A stretch of 64,000 bases of DNA, taken from positions 19,916 through 83,915 of the forward strand of contig JBDRRF010000084.1 in the NCBI GenBank assembly GCA_043825875.1. Reading direction: 5' to 3'. The notes beneath the pieces are model-generated. The model was given only the letters and a program-made list of their open reading frames with translations, did not search any database and was not told where the DNA came from. A program made the position numbers and the translations under genes. Below are positions 61,807 through 64,000 of this stretch, piece after piece. How positions within the stretch are numbered: position 1 is the stretch's first letter; the number at the start of each line of letters is the position of its first letter. Source of the DNA: Pseudomonadota bacterium. GTDB taxonomy: Bacteria; Desulfobacterota; Desulfobacteria; Desulfobacterales; RPRI01.

Positions 61807-62595
61807 TCAAATAGGATGCCGCCCCAGAAAGTCAGCGATTGGACTGGCAACCTGGCTTGGATTTCGTATCATAAAGAGATGGTTGAGTCCTGGAAGCAGT
61901 ATTTCTTCTGTGTGTGTGACGATTGACTTAAAAGCCTGCTTTGCCTTTTCGAACATAGGGTCACTCTCGGCTCCAAGGAGATAAAGGACTGGGTGAGAGA
62001 TTCTACTTGCTTTATCTTTGCTGAGAATCCAGTTCCCAAGTGCTGGAAATTCTATGTCGAAAAAGGTAGCGGCATCCCTTTCGGCCTGTTCGGGACCGTC
62101 CGGCACTGTGTGCTGCACCTCAGATCTCCAGTCCGGTCCGCCAACCATAGCCATGAATGTATCAACAGCACCAATAACATCGCCGGAAATAAACTGTTCG
62201 ATCAGCGGCTCGAACTCGTCCATGCTTTCCGGTTCTTCGGTGGTCTTCGGGGGTTCAAGAAGTACAAGTGAGTGAACAGCGGACGGAGCCTGGCAAGCAA
62301 GCTGCAAAGCGGTCACCGCCCCGTACGAGTGCCCGATCACATGTGCACGTTGTATGCCGAGTACTTGCAGTAATGTCAAAGCATCTTGAGCTTGCTCTTC
62401 GATACTGAATGCTCCCATAAGGGGATCGCTGTCGGCGAACCCACGGCGGTGATACCGAATAAGTTTATAACGGTCTGATAGTATCGCTTCATTAGTGAGC
62501 GGGAGGAAAGCGTCCGCTAAAATACTTCCATGAATAAGCAGTATAGGTTCCCCCTCGCCTTGAATCTCGTATTCCAGTCCTTTGGTTTTTAGCAT
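61807..62595 (-). CDS. Alpha/beta hydrolase
   Basis: LLIHG and GHSYG nucleophile elbow, C-terminal His (LNH). ATG 62595 after GGAG. Confidence 0.88.
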   Translation of the reverse strand: MLKTKGLEYEIQGEGEPILLIHGSILADAFLPLTNEAILSDRYKLIRYHRRGFADSDPLMGAFSIEEQAQDALTLLQVLGIQRAHVIGHSYGAVTALQLACQAPSAVHSLVLLEPPKTTEEPESMDEFEPLIEQFISGDVIGAVDTFMAMVGGPDWRSEVQHTVPDGPEQAERDAATFFDIEFPALGNWILSKDKASRISHPVLYLLGAESDPMFEKAKQAFKSIVTHTEEILLPGLNHLFMIRNPSQVASPIADFLGRHPI

Positions 62596-62705
62596 TTTTT
62601 TCTCTCCTATTAGCGGTTGTGTACCGCGGAACACCTGCTTCACCAGGGGTGCCAATGAGCTTGAAACGTCAGCATCACCTATCTTTTGACTATATGGTGG
62701 ATGAA

Positions 62706-63557
62706 CTATGCGTTTTGTAATTCTTTTAGAGATTTACCATGCTTATTTACCCAAGCTGTGAGTCCGTTTGCGCTTCCGCCATGAATTACTGCTGCGGCAG
62801 AACTGGGGCTTGAAAATTCTGTATCTTTAACAAAAATGTATTTATCATCTTTTTGAGCAAGCCCTCCTTCTTCGATAAGCTTTTTTCTTTGAGCCATGAC
62901 ACTTGGCCATTTTTTGGCGGAGTTACGTTCATCGAGAACCGCTCCTGATCCGGCTAAAACTACAATTCCGTTTGGTGTGAGGTAGCCAGAGGCAAAAATA
63001 TCTTTAATTTTACATGTGAGCATTTCTCTTTCTGCTTCACTATCAGCCTTCGACGTTGTTTGAACAAACGCCTCAATTCCAAGCACCGGCAAAACCTGCA
63101 ACATTTTTTCTAGAAATACTTCCATGTCCTCTCTATCGGATTCAGGAAGTTTTGCGCCGCTACCCTGGCTGTTTATAATTTCTGACCTATCAGCTGATTT
63201 TGCAATTTCTATTAGCCGACCCTCAATATACCGGATATGTGCTTTGGTGAGATTTTCATCTTTCGTTATAAAAAAAACGATATTGTTCCAGAAATCTTTT
63301 GATAAATGGCTCTTAATTCGATCTCTAATGCATTCTGCTTCACCAATATATATTACTCGTTTATTGGTATCAGGGTCTGTTCCCGTAAGGAAATAGACTC
63401 CAGAATTAAGAGATTCTTCACGTTCCAATACCTTTTCAAACTCGCTTCTAGGACCGGCAACAGCTTTACCAGTCCAATTTGAAAGTTCGGCGGTTCTCAG
63501 GCGTTTTGGATCGCCAAATACAAGAAATATCTTTAAAGTAGCTGTTGGCACTTGCAC
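62706..63557 (-). CDS. GIY-YIG nuclease with DUF4357-like C-terminus
   Basis: GVYFL...YIGEAE and FSSPSSAAAVIHGGSANG. Confidence 0.85.
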   Translation of the reverse strand: MQVPTATLKIFLVFGDPKRLRTAELSNWTGKAVAGPRSEFEKVLEREESLNSGVYFLTGTDPDTNKRVIYIGEAECIRDRIKSHLSKDFWNNIVFFITKDENLTKAHIRYIEGRLIEIAKSADRSEIINSQGSGAKLPESDREDMEVFLEKMLQVLPVLGIEAFVQTTSKADSEAEREMLTCKIKDIFASGYLTPNGIVVLAGSGAVLDERNSAKKWPSVMAQRKKLIEEGGLAQKDDKYIFVKDTEFSSPSSAAAVIHGGSANGLTAWVNKHGKSLKELQNA

Positions 63558-64000
63558 TCCTTACGTAATAGTATATGAAATAGTTTCCTTTCAATAACGG
63601 GAAATTCTGGGACTGTCAATATTCAAATTCAAATTATGATGTTAAATCTATTTGATATATTTGAATTATCGAACTTGTTCGATGCCCAGAATATAATTAT
63701 TGGAAGTTAACTGCTCAATGACCATAATGCCTTTTCCTGCTCCAGTTTTGAGGAAGTTTTACGAAATTATCTAAAAGGAAGAAAGACAAAAAAGCAGATT
63801 ATAAAAGCGGCATAACGGACTTTTGAAAAAAATCAAAAAAATCATCTCTGTATTTTTTAATATTATCTACAATATCCGTATCGTTTGTATGCTCGGGTGT
63901 ATCGCTTACAAATTTAAAAAGATAACAAAGTATGCCAAATTTTTTGCAGGTTTGAATAACGGAAGCACTTTCCATATCTACAAGGTCTGCCAGTAAAGAT

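Noticed and set aside
63600..64000. Possible gene fragment at the window end
   Set aside because: Only short open frames with nothing recognisable.

Overview
Low-GC bacterial chromosomal window. Gene content suggests an anaerobic Desulfobacterota-like organism (inference). Layout: (1) 1-6.1 kb is a decayed defence islet: YhcG/DUF1016 nucleases, type I hsdR broken by one TAA, Fic, DNA-binding and type III Res remnants. (2) queD, dnaJ and an MFS transporter follow. (3) 9.2-38 kb is a large sigma54-linked signalling and anion-transport cluster: SulP, two TauE/SafE permeases with accessory membrane/lipoproteins, three paralogous Cache-type histidine kinases plus a fourth kinase, a pseudo-kinase, seven receiver proteins, an NtrC-type activator, and two PEP-synthase-like proteins that keep the phospho-His but lack the pyruvate-binding barrel. 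(4) 38-46 kb is an accessory tract next to tRNA-Glu/tRNA-Lys, with RNase T2, a partial duplication, TA genes and attC-like sites. (5) etfBA, rimO, ispB, pgsA-like. (6) TA remnants, a third dikinase-like gene convergent with a putatively sigma54-driven hypothetical-gdhA operon and a neighbouring two-component system, then a hydrolase and a GIY-YIG nuclease. Four copies of a 142-165 bp hairpin-forming MITE with 4-bp target duplications are present, one with its empty site inside the window. No CRISPR, rRNA, integrase or transposase was seen.
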